A DNA stretch of 64,000 nucleotides from an uncultured Planctomycetaceae bacterium. Its GTDB lineage: Bacteria; Planctomycetota; Phycisphaerae; SM23-33. The notes below the pieces were generated by a model. The model saw nothing but the letters and a program-made list of their open reading frames with translations. It made no database searches and was not told where the DNA came from. Below, in pieces: positions 1 to 8,860 of the stretch. Positions within the stretch are counted from its first letter, which is position 1; each line of letters opens with the position of its first letter. Made by a program: the position numbers and the translations under genes. The stretch covers positions 34,121 to 98,120 of the forward strand of contig CAZHEH010000007.1 of the NCBI GenBank assembly GCA_964531695.1, in the 5' to 3' direction.

Positions 1-353
1 TCGACCGCGCGGATGTAGTTCACGCGCTGGGTGAAGGGGCTGGTGCCGAGCTTCTCGTCGTCGAGGATCTTGTAGCCCGCCTGCCCGCCGCTGGGCACCC
101 CGCTGCCCGCCAGCGTCATGCGGCAGGAGTCGACCTGCTCGACCGGAACCTGAACGGTCGTGCCGCCGTTGTTCAGTTCGTAGGGCACGTCCTGGTCGCG
201 CAGCTTGTCGACGACCCGGGCGGCCTCCTCCGTCGTCAGTCCGCCGTAAAGGATCGTCATCTTCGGCCGCGTCGCCCAGTGCCCCAGCAGCACCGCCGCC
301 CCCACGACCGCCAGCAGCACGGTCAGCAGGAGCACGCGGTGAACGACCGTCAT
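1..353 (-). CDS. fliF: Flagellar M-ring protein FliF, N-terminal part; the gene continues beyond the window start
   Basis: Minus-strand translation from ATG at 353 gives MTVVHRVLLLTVLLAVVGAAVLLGHWATRPKMTILYGGLTTEEAARVVDKLRDQDVPYELNNGGTTVQVP. This has an N-terminal TM helix and the typical FliF N-terminus. It is open to position 1 and lies directly downstream of fliE. Confidence 0.7.
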   Translation of the reverse strand, partial: MTVVHRVLLLTVLLAVVGAAVLLGHWATRPKMTILYGGLTTEEAARVVDKLRDQDVPYELNNGGTTVQVPVEQVDSCRMTLAGSGVPSGGQAGYKILDDEKLGTSPFTQRVNYIRAV

Positions 354-425
354 CTGCCGCCACGCCTCGCCGAGATTCCGAAGTATCTGAGCCACAATCC
401 GTCCTCACCGAATGGCCGCGGCGCC

Positions 426-734
426 CTAGACCTGCATGTTCAGCGTCTGCTTGTACGCCTCGATCATCTTGTTCCGCACGCCGACGAGCAGCTTGAAGCT
501 CATGTCGGCCTTGGCCATCGCCGCCACGGCCGGCAGCACGTCCTCGCTCTTGCCCGACAGCAGGTCCTTGACCGCCGCGCTCGAGGCGTGCTGGTCCTTG
601 TCCACGTTCTTCATGTACGTCTGGAGCGTGTCCTGGAAGCCGGGCTTGGCCGTCGGCTGCGCCCGTTGGGTGCCCTGAATTCCGGAAACGCCCGAAACCG
701 GGTTCGGGCCGCCGGCAATGGGGTTGATCGCCAT
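426..734 (-). CDS. fliE: Flagellar hook-basal body complex protein FliE
   Basis: 102-aa ORF with the FliE C-terminal signature (…SFKLLVGVRNKMIEAYKQTLNMQV). Operon order is flgB-flgC-fliE-fliF. Confidence 0.85.
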   Translation of the reverse strand: MAINPIAGGPNPVSGVSGIQGTQRAQPTAKPGFQDTLQTYMKNVDKDQHASSAAVKDLLSGKSEDVLPAVAAMAKADMSFKLLVGVRNKMIEAYKQTLNMQV

Positions 735-745
735 CTCGAATGCTC

Positions 746-1153
746 CTATCGCAACAGTTCCAACGCGTTGTCCACCGAGTCCTGGTATCTCTTGAGCACG
801 GCCGCGTTCGCCTGGTACGCCCGCGACGCGACCACGAGGTTCATCATCTCCGAGGGGATCGACACGTTCGGCATCGTGACATACCCATCGGCGTCGGCGT
901 CCGGGTGGCCCGGCATGCGGACGCGCTGGAGCGGGTTCTCCATGTCCGGACGGACGGTCTCGATCGTCACGCCGCTCGGGCCGTCGCCGCCGGCGCGGAG
1001 GACGACCTCCCTGCGGCGGTACGGGCCGCCGTCGGCGGTGCGCGTGGTGTGCGCGTTGGCGAGGTTCTCGGCGATAACCTGCATCCGCTGCGACTGCGCC
1101 CGCAGGCCCGAGACCGCAATGTCCACCGAACTGCCGACTCCGTTGACTGCCAT
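746..1153 (-). CDS. flgC: Flagellar basal-body rod protein FlgC
   Basis: From the internal Met MAVNGVGSSVDIAVSGLRAQSQRMQVIAENLANAHTTRT … MMNLVVASRAYQANAAVLKRYQDSVDNALELLR. Flg rod N- and C-terminal motifs are present. The upstream part of the track ORF is a high-GC extension. Confidence 0.85.
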   Translation of the reverse strand: MAVNGVGSSVDIAVSGLRAQSQRMQVIAENLANAHTTRTADGGPYRRREVVLRAGGDGPSGVTIETVRPDMENPLQRVRMPGHPDADADGYVTMPNVSIPSEMMNLVVASRAYQANAAVLKRYQDSVDNALELLR

Positions 1154-1175
1154 GGCTCTCGTCCCGTTCCCGCGC

Positions 1176-1538
1176 CTACCGCTGGGTCTGGATCGCGATT
1201 TCCATCTGGTCGTACACCTTGCCGAGCAGGCGCATGTAGGTCTTCCGGATCGCACTGTTCTTGATCATCTCACCGACTTCCCCGTCGAGGTCCACGTCGT
1301 TGCCGTTCGGGCCCACCGGCGTGTCCATCGGCCGCGTCACGTCGATCTCGAAATTCCGCAGCGTTTCGAGGTCTCCGTCCTCGACGGCCTGGGCGAGGAT
1401 CTTCTCGAACTCGACGGCCCGCCGCCGGAAGTCGGGCGTGTTCATGTTGGCGATGTTGTCCGCCAGCACCTTGCCCCGCATCCCGGTGGCGCGGAGGCCC
1501 GCCTCGATGTACTGAATCACGTTCCCGTCGCCGCCCAT
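1176..1538 (-). CDS. flgB: Flagellar basal-body rod protein FlgB
   Basis: MGGDGNVIQYIEAGLRATGMRGKVLADNIANMNTPDF…RKTYMRLLGKVYDQMEIAIQTQR. A GGAGAGAG RBS precedes the ATG. It overlaps the 3' end of the upstream regulator gene by about 20 nt. Confidence 0.8.
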   Translation of the reverse strand: MGGDGNVIQYIEAGLRATGMRGKVLADNIANMNTPDFRRRAVEFEKILAQAVEDGDLETLRNFEIDVTRPMDTPVGPNGNDVDLDGEVGEMIKNSAIRKTYMRLLGKVYDQMEIAIQTQR

Positions 1539-2923
1539 CGTCTCTCTCCCGCCTCGGCGAAGGCGTCGGGCGGCTCGAAGCCGTCGCGACGGTATCGCCG
1601 CAGCTTGTCCCGCAAGGTTCGGTCGGTGATGCCCAGCATCTCGGCGGCCTTGGCCTGATGGGCCTTGGTCCGCCGCAGCGCCTCGTAGATCGCGGAGCGT
1701 TCCAGCTCCGCCAGCGACAGCGTCGAAAGGTCCCGCGGCGCCGGGGCGCGGAGCTGCCGCCACAGCGACGGCACGCCCGCCAGCGAGAGCGTCTCGCCCT
1801 CGCCCAGCACCAGGGCCGTCCGCACGACGTTGCGGAGCTGCCTGACGTTGCCCGGCCAGGCGTACTTCTGGAACGCGTCCATCATCTCGGGCTCGAGCCG
1901 GGTGACCCGCCGCCCGACCTCGCCGGCGTGAAGGTTCACGAAATGCCACACCAGGGCCTGCAGGTCGCCCGTCCGCTCGCGCAGCGGCGGCATCCAAATC
2001 TCCAGCCCGCCCAGCCGGTAGTACAGGTCGCGCCGGAACGCGCCCTTCTCGACCTCCTCGGCGAGCTTGCGGTTCGACGTGCTGATCACCCGCACGTTGA
2101 CCTGGATCGGCTCGCTGCCGCCGACCCGCTCGAACCGCTGCTGCTCCAGGACCCGAAGCAACTCCGCCTGAAGCTGCGGGCTGGTCTCCGAAATCTCATC
2201 CAACAGCAGCGTGCCCCCGTGGGCCTGCTCGAAGCGCCCCTTGCGGCGGGCGTGCGCGCCGGTGAAGGCCCCGCGCTCGTGCCCGAACAGCTCGCTCTCC
2301 AGCAGCGTCTCGCTCATCGCCCCGCAGTTGACCGCCACGAACGGCCCCTCCGCACGCCGGCTGTGATGGTGAATCATCCGCGAGACCAGCTCCTTGCCCG
2401 TGCCGCTCTCGCCCGTGATCAGAACCGGCAGCGACGTGCCCGCCACCTTGCGGGCCACCGAGATCGTCTCCCGCAGCCGCGGGCTCTCACCCGCGATGTG
2501 AAAGGCCTGCCCCGCCTCGTCGCAGCCGACCGCCGCCATCGGCACCTCGTGCGACGGAACGTAGGCGTCCAGGACCCGCTCCAGGTCCTCGCGCCCCAGC
2601 GGCCGCTCCAGGTAATCCCGGCAGCCCTCCTGCATGGCCCGCACGGCCGTCTCGACCGACTCATCGCCGGCGATCATCACGACCGGTAGCTCCGGATCCT
2701 GCTCGCGGACCCGCTCCATCAGCTCGGCCCAATCGGCGGCGACCGGCGACAGGTCGATCAGCGCCAAGTCCCACGAGCGCCGCGGAAGCTGACGGCACCC
2801 CGCGGCCGTGTCCCGCGCCACCGTGCCGCGAACGCCGCGCGCCGCGAGCATCTCCAGCACCAGCCGCGTCGTTGGCGGGTCGTCGCACACGAACAGAACG
2901 TTCTGTACCGGTGTCTCGGGCAT
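1517..2923 (-). CDS. Sigma-54-dependent response regulator (receiver + AAA+ sigma-54 activator + Fis-type HTH), FleR/FlrC-like flagellar regulator
   Basis: Receiver Asp region, Walker A GESGTGKE, the GAFTGA sigma-54 interaction loop (ERGAFTGA) and a C-terminal HTH (AAEMLGITDRTLRDKLRRY). It is embedded in the flgB operon. Confidence 0.85.
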   Translation of the reverse strand: MPETPVQNVLFVCDDPPTTRLVLEMLAARGVRGTVARDTAAGCRQLPRRSWDLALIDLSPVAADWAELMERVREQDPELPVVMIAGDESVETAVRAMQEGCRDYLERPLGREDLERVLDAYVPSHEVPMAAVGCDEAGQAFHIAGESPRLRETISVARKVAGTSLPVLITGESGTGKELVSRMIHHHSRRAEGPFVAVNCGAMSETLLESELFGHERGAFTGAHARRKGRFEQAHGGTLLLDEISETSPQLQAELLRVLEQQRFERVGGSEPIQVNVRVISTSNRKLAEEVEKGAFRRDLYYRLGGLEIWMPPLRERTGDLQALVWHFVNLHAGEVGRRVTRLEPEMMDAFQKYAWPGNVRQLRNVVRTALVLGEGETLSLAGVPSLWRQLRAPAPRDLSTLSLAELERSAIYEALRRTKAHQAKAAEMLGITDRTLRDKLRRYRRDGFEPPDAFAEAGERRWAATGT

Positions 2924-3801
2924 CAGGCGCCTTCGTCCGCTTTCGCTTCGGTGGCCGAGGTCGATGCCGGTGTCGAGTCCGCGGCCGGGGCGGGCTCGCG
3001 CCTCACCGGCCCGATTGCGTCCACTTCCCGGAGGAACTCGCGCGGCCGCGTGGACTGCTCCCAGGCGATCAGCTCATCCTGCGTGCGGGCCGGCTCGGCC
3101 CAAGGGCTCTCGGCGTGCTCGGCCATGACCTGCTTGTAGGCGGCCCGCGCCGCGGCGGGGTCGCGGGTTTGCAGCGAGTTGCCCGTCTGGAACAGGATCC
3201 ACGCCTTGTCGGCCGGGCTCGGGTCGCGCCGCAGGGCGAGCTGGTAGAACACGGCCGCCGTGTCGAGGTGCCCGGCGCGGAAGAGCGTGTCCGCCAGCGC
3301 CAGCGGGTCCGCCACGCTGTCGGGCGGCACGCTCGTCCGGAGCGTCTCGAGCGTGGCCGCGTCGAGACCCGGCGCGGGGGCTTCCGCCGGTTCCGGCTCC
3401 GGCTCGGCCGGGTCGTCGGTCCCGCCGTCGGCCGTCGTGTCGGTCGGCTCCTCCGGCTCGGGCTCGGCATCCTTCGGCTTCGGGCGCTCCGCGCCCAGCC
3501 GCATCGCGCGGAGACGGCGCAGCGTCGCGGACAGGTCGCGGGCGTCCGCCTCGGTGGACTCCGCCGGCGCCGAAAAGCTCTCCCGCATCAGGTCGCGCAC
3601 GCCGATGTCGAGTTCGGGGTCCGCGGCGGCGTCGGCCTCGTCGGCGTCCCCGGCCGGGCGCGTGGTGGGGGCCGAGGCGGGCCCCGCCGCGCGTTCCGCC
3701 CCGCTCGCGGCCGTCGGGTCGGCCTCCGGCGCCTCCTGGGCCCACAGCGGCGAGGCCCAGGTCGAGAGAATCACCATGACCGTCACGAGGCGCGGCATCA
3801 T
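2923..3801 (-). CDS. Secreted TPR-like protein (signal peptide; acidic Pro/Glu-rich linker)
   Basis: Start at MMPRLVTVMVILSTWASPLWAQE (signal peptide). The C-terminal region has TPR-like helices (FYQLALRRDPSPADKAWILFQTGNSLQ). There is a 4-nt ATGA overlap with the upstream gene. Confidence 0.5.
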   Translation of the reverse strand: MMPRLVTVMVILSTWASPLWAQEAPEADPTAASGAERAAGPASAPTTRPAGDADEADAAADPELDIGVRDLMRESFSAPAESTEADARDLSATLRRLRAMRLGAERPKPKDAEPEPEEPTDTTADGGTDDPAEPEPEPAEAPAPGLDAATLETLRTSVPPDSVADPLALADTLFRAGHLDTAAVFYQLALRRDPSPADKAWILFQTGNSLQTRDPAAARAAYKQVMAEHAESPWAEPARTQDELIAWEQSTRPREFLREVDAIGPVRREPAPAADSTPASTSATEAKADEGA

Positions 3802-6359
3802 TCGGGCTTCTCCCCCGTCTTGGCGTCGAGCATGTCCGAGTAGGCCAGTGCGGCCTTCCGGTAGTCGTGTCGGAGGGCATAGGCGGCCCCGAGCAGTCCG
3901 AGGGCCCGCTCGCGGGCGTCCGGCCCGCTGTCGGCGTCCAGCACGCCCCGGGCCAGCGTAATCGTCTGGGCGGCCTCGCCCAGCTCCAGGCACGCCTCCG
4001 CCAGGTCGCACGCGGCGCCGTAGTACGCCTCACAGGGCGCCATCTTCTCCAGCACCTCGGTCAGGGCCTGCCGGGCGGCCTCGTGGTGGCCGGCGGCCCG
4101 GTGGCAGCGAGCGATCTCGATGCCGACACGGGCCCGGCTCTGGATGTCGCCGGCGGAGGCGACGTGCTCGCTCAGCCGCCGGACGCCGCGCTCGGGCAGG
4201 CCCATCTGGCGGTACATCCGCCCGAGCAGCAGCAGGTAGCGGGCCAGGCGCTCCGCCGGCAACGCGTCGACGTCCAAGCTCCGCAAGGTGCCCAGCGCCT
4301 GAACGGTCTTGCCCGTGTCCAGGTACAGTTCGGACAACGCCAGCGACACCGAGAGGTACTGCTCGCGCGACGGGTCGGTTCCCAGCGCCCGTCGCAGGTC
4401 CGCCTCGGCCAGCTCGGGGCGCCCCAGCTCTCGCCGGCTGAAGCCGCGGAGCAGATACGCCTCGGTCAGGGCCTCGTCGCCCTCGGCGGCCGTGCCGATG
4501 TACCGCGTCAGCCACTTGTCCGCCTTCTCGTGCAGCCCCTTGGCGTAATGGCACCGCCCGACGCCCAGCGCCGCGCGGGCCCGCGACTCGGCCGAGAGGT
4601 TCTGCGTCCAGAGCTTATGGAAGTCGGAGATGGCGTCGTTGTGGCGGCCTTGTCGCCGGTTGGCCTCGCCGAGCGCCAGGTAGACCTCGTCCTGGGCCTG
4701 GAAGTCCGGGTGCAGGTCCAGCAGGCGCTGGAGGTCGTTGCGGGCGCCCTCGTAGTTGGTCAGTTCCATGCGCAGCCGGGCGCAGCGGAGCAGCGCCTCC
4801 GGCGCCACGCGGTGCGCGTCGAACCGGCCCGCGATGAGCTGGTATTCCTTCATCGCCCCGAGCGTGTCGCCGGAGAGCTCCTGCACGACCGCCAAGGCGT
4901 AGCGCCCGAGCGGCCCGCGCGGGTCCCCCGCATCTCGCTGACGCAGGAAGAACCGCCGCCAGCACGAGTTCGCCTCCCGCACGAGCAGATCACGCGATTC
5001 CGACAGCGAGTCGAAGCCGGCCGGGTCGTAGATGTCGATCTGCTCGCCGGAGAAGCGCGCAATCAGCCCGGCCGCGCCCGAGATGACCTCGGCCACGCGC
5101 CCGTCCGACGCGCCTGAAGTGAAGACCGTCACCGCCCGTCGCCGGACTTCCGGGCGAACGTTGACCCATTGCACCTCGATCCCCGCCTGCGAGCCGAAAC
5201 GCGCCAGCAACTCATCCAGGTGCGCGCCGGCGGCCGTGACGGACCACGCCCGGCGCGTCTCGTCCGCGTCCCGCTGAACCTCCGGGCCGAGCAGGGCCCG
5301 GTCCAGCCGTTCGGCGCCCAACGCCAGGCGCTCCCGCAGCTCGGCGTCGGTCAGCCCGGCGAACGGATCCTTCCAGCGGGGCGCCCGCCACTGCACGGCC
5401 TCCTGCTGTCCGTACATGGACAGAACCTTCATCGCCAGCGCACGGGCGGCGAGGTAGTCGCAGTCCAGCTCCATCGGCAACGGCTCGCCGACCGCGCCGA
5501 GCGACGCCATCGCCAGATATGCCTTCGTCCGGCCGTGCAGGAACTGCCCGCCGGACAGGTCCATCTCCGCCAACTGATACCAGGACGCGGCCCGGACCAC
5601 CGGCGAGTCGCTCGACGTCCCCGCCCGCAAGAACTTTCTGCCCAAGGACTTGCGGCCGAGCTGCCGCAGGCAGTAGCCGCGGCGGAACGTCAGCACGTCC
5701 GCCACCAGCGAGTCCGCGGGCGTGCGGGTCGCCTTGTCCAGCAGATGCAGATAGCCGGAGAGGGCCAGCTCGTACTCGCCCCGACCCAGCGCCTTCTCGG
5801 CGCGGGCCCAGGACATGGACGCGGGCGCCGGCTCGCCCGGCTCCGAGGGCTCTTCGGGCGCGTCCGGCTGCGGTGCCGTCCCGGCCGCGACGGGAGCCGG
5901 CGTGGCGCCGCCGGGCAGGCCCCACACGAAGTGCCAGATCAGCACGAAGCCGATCACCGCGATCAGCACCGTGTTGATCAGCAGCACGCCCTGGATGAAC
6001 CTCGGGCGAAGCAGCGGGCTGCCGGCGGACAGGGCCGCCCCGGCGGGGGCCTGGGCCTGAGTCTTCTCGGCCTCAGCGGCTTCCCGCTGTTTCTCGGCCT
6101 CGGCCTGCTCGGTCTCCTGCTTGGCCTTCTTGGCCTGCAGGCGGGCCCGCTGACGCGCGATGATCTCCTGCAGCGAGGGCTGCTGGCCCTCGCCCTCTTG
6201 CGCGCCTTCGGCCGGGGCGCCGCCGTCGGCCGCCGCGTCCGCCGGAGCGTCCGGGGCGGCTTCGTTCATCGGCTCGGAGGGCGGCTCCGACTGCGGCGTG
6301 GACTCTTCGGCGTCGTCCGGCGCGTCGGGCTGGGGATTCTGGCTCTCTTCTTCGGCCAT
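3798..6359 (-). CDS. Large membrane-anchored TPR-repeat protein (acidic/coiled N-terminus, one TM helix, periplasmic TPR array), first gene of the sigma-54 flagellar operon
   Basis: 853 aa. N-terminal EAEKQREAAEAEK coiled segment, TM helix FIQGVLLINTVLIAVIGFVLIWHFVW and multiple TPR-like repeats. It is co-oriented and overlaps the downstream genes. Confidence 0.6.
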   Translation of the reverse strand: MAEEESQNPQPDAPDDAEESTPQSEPPSEPMNEAAPDAPADAAADGGAPAEGAQEGEGQQPSLQEIIARQRARLQAKKAKQETEQAEAEKQREAAEAEKTQAQAPAGAALSAGSPLLRPRFIQGVLLINTVLIAVIGFVLIWHFVWGLPGGATPAPVAAGTAPQPDAPEEPSEPGEPAPASMSWARAEKALGRGEYELALSGYLHLLDKATRTPADSLVADVLTFRRGYCLRQLGRKSLGRKFLRAGTSSDSPVVRAASWYQLAEMDLSGGQFLHGRTKAYLAMASLGAVGEPLPMELDCDYLAARALAMKVLSMYGQQEAVQWRAPRWKDPFAGLTDAELRERLALGAERLDRALLGPEVQRDADETRRAWSVTAAGAHLDELLARFGSQAGIEVQWVNVRPEVRRRAVTVFTSGASDGRVAEVISGAAGLIARFSGEQIDIYDPAGFDSLSESRDLLVREANSCWRRFFLRQRDAGDPRGPLGRYALAVVQELSGDTLGAMKEYQLIAGRFDAHRVAPEALLRCARLRMELTNYEGARNDLQRLLDLHPDFQAQDEVYLALGEANRRQGRHNDAISDFHKLWTQNLSAESRARAALGVGRCHYAKGLHEKADKWLTRYIGTAAEGDEALTEAYLLRGFSRRELGRPELAEADLRRALGTDPSREQYLSVSLALSELYLDTGKTVQALGTLRSLDVDALPAERLARYLLLLGRMYRQMGLPERGVRRLSEHVASAGDIQSRARVGIEIARCHRAAGHHEAARQALTEVLEKMAPCEAYYGAACDLAEACLELGEAAQTITLARGVLDADSGPDARERALGLLGAAYALRHDYRKAALAYSDMLDAKTGEKPE

Positions 6360-6442
6360 GCTTCTTCGAAGTTTCTCGGCGTATCCTGACTCTCAAAGGC
6401 CGTGCGCAAACAGCGCGTGCGCACAGCGCGTTGCTGAACCGG

Positions 6443-6458
6443 ATGCAACGGGTGTGCC
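6443..6458 (-). promoter_or_regulatory. Sigma-54 (RpoN) promoter TGGCAC-N5-TTGCA upstream of the flagellar operon
   Basis: Reverse complement of 6441-6460 is GTTGGCACACCCGTTGCATC, a perfect -24 GG / -12 GC consensus about 85 nt upstream of the start at 6359. Confidence 0.5.
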
Positions 6459-6616
6459 AACCTCAGAGAACGGCACACATGAGCCATCTAGGCATGCCCA
6501 GGAGCCGTATGCGTCAATATCTAAGATGTGCTCGGCCGTGTCCCCGAGCGCAGCGTCAGGATTCTTGCGCCCGCGGCGCTTGCTTTTCGGACACTCCGCC
6601 GTCCCGGCCGGGGGAT

Positions 6617-6630
6617 GTTCCACGTGGAAC
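6617..6630. promoter_or_regulatory. Perfect 14-bp palindrome GTTCCACGTGGAAC in the divergent intergenic region
   Basis: Read directly from the sequence. It lies between the divergently transcribed flagellar operon and the secreted-protein / ECF sigma operon. Confidence 0.35.
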
Positions 6631-6738
6631 ACCCCGTTATCGACGCGATTCTGCGCGCGTATAGGGAGGTAGTATGATGCTTGGGACGTGTTCGATGGAA
6701 CCGGGCCGGCCCGACGGCCGCCCCCAGGGAGACCTGCG

Positions 6739-7746
6739 ATGAAGCGGACGATTCTGATCAGTGCGATGCTGGCGATGTTGACCTGCCCGATGTTGGCGGA
6801 TGAGGCGGAGCCGGCCTATATCTCGGCCGACGCGGCCTGGGTGGTGCATTTCGACGCGGACGCCTGGGGCGAGACGAAGCTGGAGCAGGCCATCCTGGAC
6901 CAGCACCCCGAGGCGATTCCGAAGCTGGAGGAGTTCCGGGCGACCTTCGGCTTCGATCTGCGCGAGGACCTTCACGGCGTGACGCTGTACGGCAGGGGCT
7001 TCGAGCCCGGGCGGGGCGTGGCGATGTTCGACGTGGACGTCGATGAGGACCGCATTCTCGACCTGCTGCGCGAGAACGCGGGCTACGAAACGAGCGAGTA
7101 CGGCGACCGGACGATCCACCGGTGGATCGAGGAGTCGAAACCCCGCCATGGCGAGGAAGACGACGGCACGCGCTACGGGACGTTCGCGGCGTTCGACCTG
7201 GTGGTGGTCTCGCGCGACCTGGACGACCTCAAGGCCGCGCTCGACGTCATCGACGGCGAGGCCGAAAACGCCTCCGAGGCCGAGGAGCCCGTCCTGCCCG
7301 AGGCGCCGGACGGGGCGTTCCTCATCGCTCGGGCCCGCAACCTGGAACTGCCCGAGGGCGCCCGGCGGCCGCGGGCGGCGCTGCTGAAGAAGTGCGAGGA
7401 GCTGTCGATGACCCTTGGCGAGAAGGACGCGCAGGTCTACGTGAACATCGCCGCGGAGATGGAGACCGAGAAGGACGCCCGGCGCGTCACGAAGATGATC
7501 GAGGGCATGCAGGCGTTCGCCGAGATGGCGGCCGAGCATGCTCGCGCTCGGGCCGAGGACGACGACGGCGAGCCCGCCAAGACCCTGCCGGTTTGGATGA
7601 GCTCGCTGATGGAAGCCGAGATGAGCGGGGAGGGGACGAAGGTCGTGCTGGAGATGTCGATGCCGACCGAAGGACTGATGGAGATGGCGGAGAAGCTCCG
7701 AGAAGCCCACCATGGCAGGCGGCACGAAGCGGGCGAGCGTGAGTGA
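6739..7746 (+). CDS. Secreted acidic hypothetical protein (signal peptide)
   Basis: MKRTILISAMLAMLTCPMLADEAEP signal peptide. No recognisable catalytic motifs. It lies upstream of and overlaps the ECF sigma gene. Confidence 0.5.
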   Translation: MKRTILISAMLAMLTCPMLADEAEPAYISADAAWVVHFDADAWGETKLEQAILDQHPEAIPKLEEFRATFGFDLREDLHGVTLYGRGFEPGRGVAMFDVDVDEDRILDLLRENAGYETSEYGDRTIHRWIEESKPRHGEEDDGTRYGTFAAFDLVVVSRDLDDLKAALDVIDGEAENASEAEEPVLPEAPDGAFLIARARNLELPEGARRPRAALLKKCEELSMTLGEKDAQVYVNIAAEMETEKDARRVTKMIEGMQAFAEMAAEHARARAEDDDGEPAKTLPVWMSSLMEAEMSGEGTKVVLEMSMPTEGLMEMAEKLREAHHGRRHEAGERE

Positions 7747-8308
7747 CGAGCCGGACTCGACACCGCGCGAGAGGACGCGGAGCGCCGAGGAGCTGGCCCG
7801 GGATGCGCGGGCCGGCTCCGCGGACGCGTTCGCCGCGCTGGTCGAGCGGTTCCGTCCGCGCCTGAGGGCCTACCTCGGGCGCGGGGCCGGCCAGGAGGCC
7901 GAGGACCTGACGCAGGAGACCTTCCTGCGGGCCTACCAGAAGCTCCGGCAGTACGACCCGAGCCGCCCGTTCGCGCCGTGGCTCTATGCGGTGGCGCGGA
8001 GCGTGGCCGCCACGCAGGCCCGTCGCCGCCGGCCCGCCGCCGCGATGCCGGACGCGGGCCTCGCCGACGCCGCGCCCCAGCCGGGCGACGCCGTCGCGGC
8101 GGACGAGCAGCGGGCCGAGTTGTGGCGGCTTGCCCGCCGCCGGCTGAGTGAAGACCAATACCGGGCGCTCTGGCTGCGATACGCGCGCGACGCGGAAGTG
8201 GCCGAGATCGCCCGCGAGATGCGGCGGAGCCGACCGGCCGTGCGCGTGCTGCTGCACCGCGGCCGGAAGCGGCTCATCGACGCGGCCCGGACCGCCGGAA
8301 CCGCGTAG
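7712..8308 (+). CDS. ECF-type RNA polymerase sigma-70 family factor
   Basis: Region 2 (DLTQETFLRAYQKLRQYDPSRPFAPWLYAVARS) and region 4 (LSEDQYRALWLRYARDAEVAEIAREMRRSRPAVRVLLHRGRKRL). Confidence 0.8.
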   Translation: MAGGTKRASVSDEPDSTPRERTRSAEELARDARAGSADAFAALVERFRPRLRAYLGRGAGQEAEDLTQETFLRAYQKLRQYDPSRPFAPWLYAVARSVAATQARRRRPAAAMPDAGLADAAPQPGDAVAADEQRAELWRLARRRLSEDQYRALWLRYARDAEVAEIAREMRRSRPAVRVLLHRGRKRLIDAARTAGTA

Positions 8309-8322
8309 ATTCGAGGTGCGCC

Positions 8323-8853
8323 ATGCGATGTGAAACCTGCCAGTCGATGATCTCCGAATCGCTTGACGAGCGCCGCGCGTTGACGCCCGCCGCCCGGCGC
8401 CACGCCGAGCAGTGCCCGGATTGCGGTGCGTTCCTGGACGCCTCCCGCGAGTTGGAGGATCGGCTCCGCGCCGCCGCCGACCTCGCGCCCGCACCGGCCG
8501 GGGCGCGACGCCGCACGCCCGTGCTGCGCTTCTGGCGTTGGGCGGGGCCCATCGCGGCGGCCGCGTGCCTGGTGTTGGGCGTATCGCTGTGGCTGTCCCG
8601 CAACGGGGCGCCGGAGCCGCCGGGGGATCGGGCCGGGCCCGGCGGCGAGGTGGCCGCCCCGGCGCAGCCGTCCGCGTTCGGGGCGCCCCGGTCCACGATC
8701 GACACGACCGGAATGGCCGTGGCCCGCGTCGCCACGCAGCCGGTCCGGCGGGAGCTGGAGTTGCTCCGCGCGGACGCCGCCGCCGCGGCCGAGGCGGTCA
8801 TCGACTGCATCGAACTGTTTCCCGCGCGCCAACCGGCGGACCGCGACGGCTGA
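8323..8853 (+). CDS. Anti-sigma factor, zinc-finger (CxxC…CxxC) type with one TM helix
   Basis: N-terminal CETCQ…CPDC motif (zf-HC2-like) and TM segment WRWAGPIAAAACLVLGVSLWL. It lies immediately downstream of the ECF sigma gene. Confidence 0.65.
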   Translation: MRCETCQSMISESLDERRALTPAARRHAEQCPDCGAFLDASRELEDRLRAAADLAPAPAGARRRTPVLRFWRWAGPIAAAACLVLGVSLWLSRNGAPEPPGDRAGPGGEVAAPAQPSAFGAPRSTIDTTGMAVARVATQPVRRELELLRADAAAAAEAVIDCIELFPARQPADRDG

Positions 8854-8860
8854 GACGCGC

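Noticed and set aside
279-1658. 459-aa plus-strand ORF spanning fliE, flgC and flgB
   Set aside because: It is antisense to three well-supported flagellar genes. The composition is Arg/Pro-rich and typical of high-GC shadow ORFs.
1658-5117. Long plus-strand ORFs (1658..2689, 2872..3843, 3867..5117) opposite the sigma-54 regulator and TPR genes
   Set aside because: Their composition is Arg/Gly/Pro-biased GC-artefact and they contain no motifs. The opposite-strand genes have clear domain signatures.
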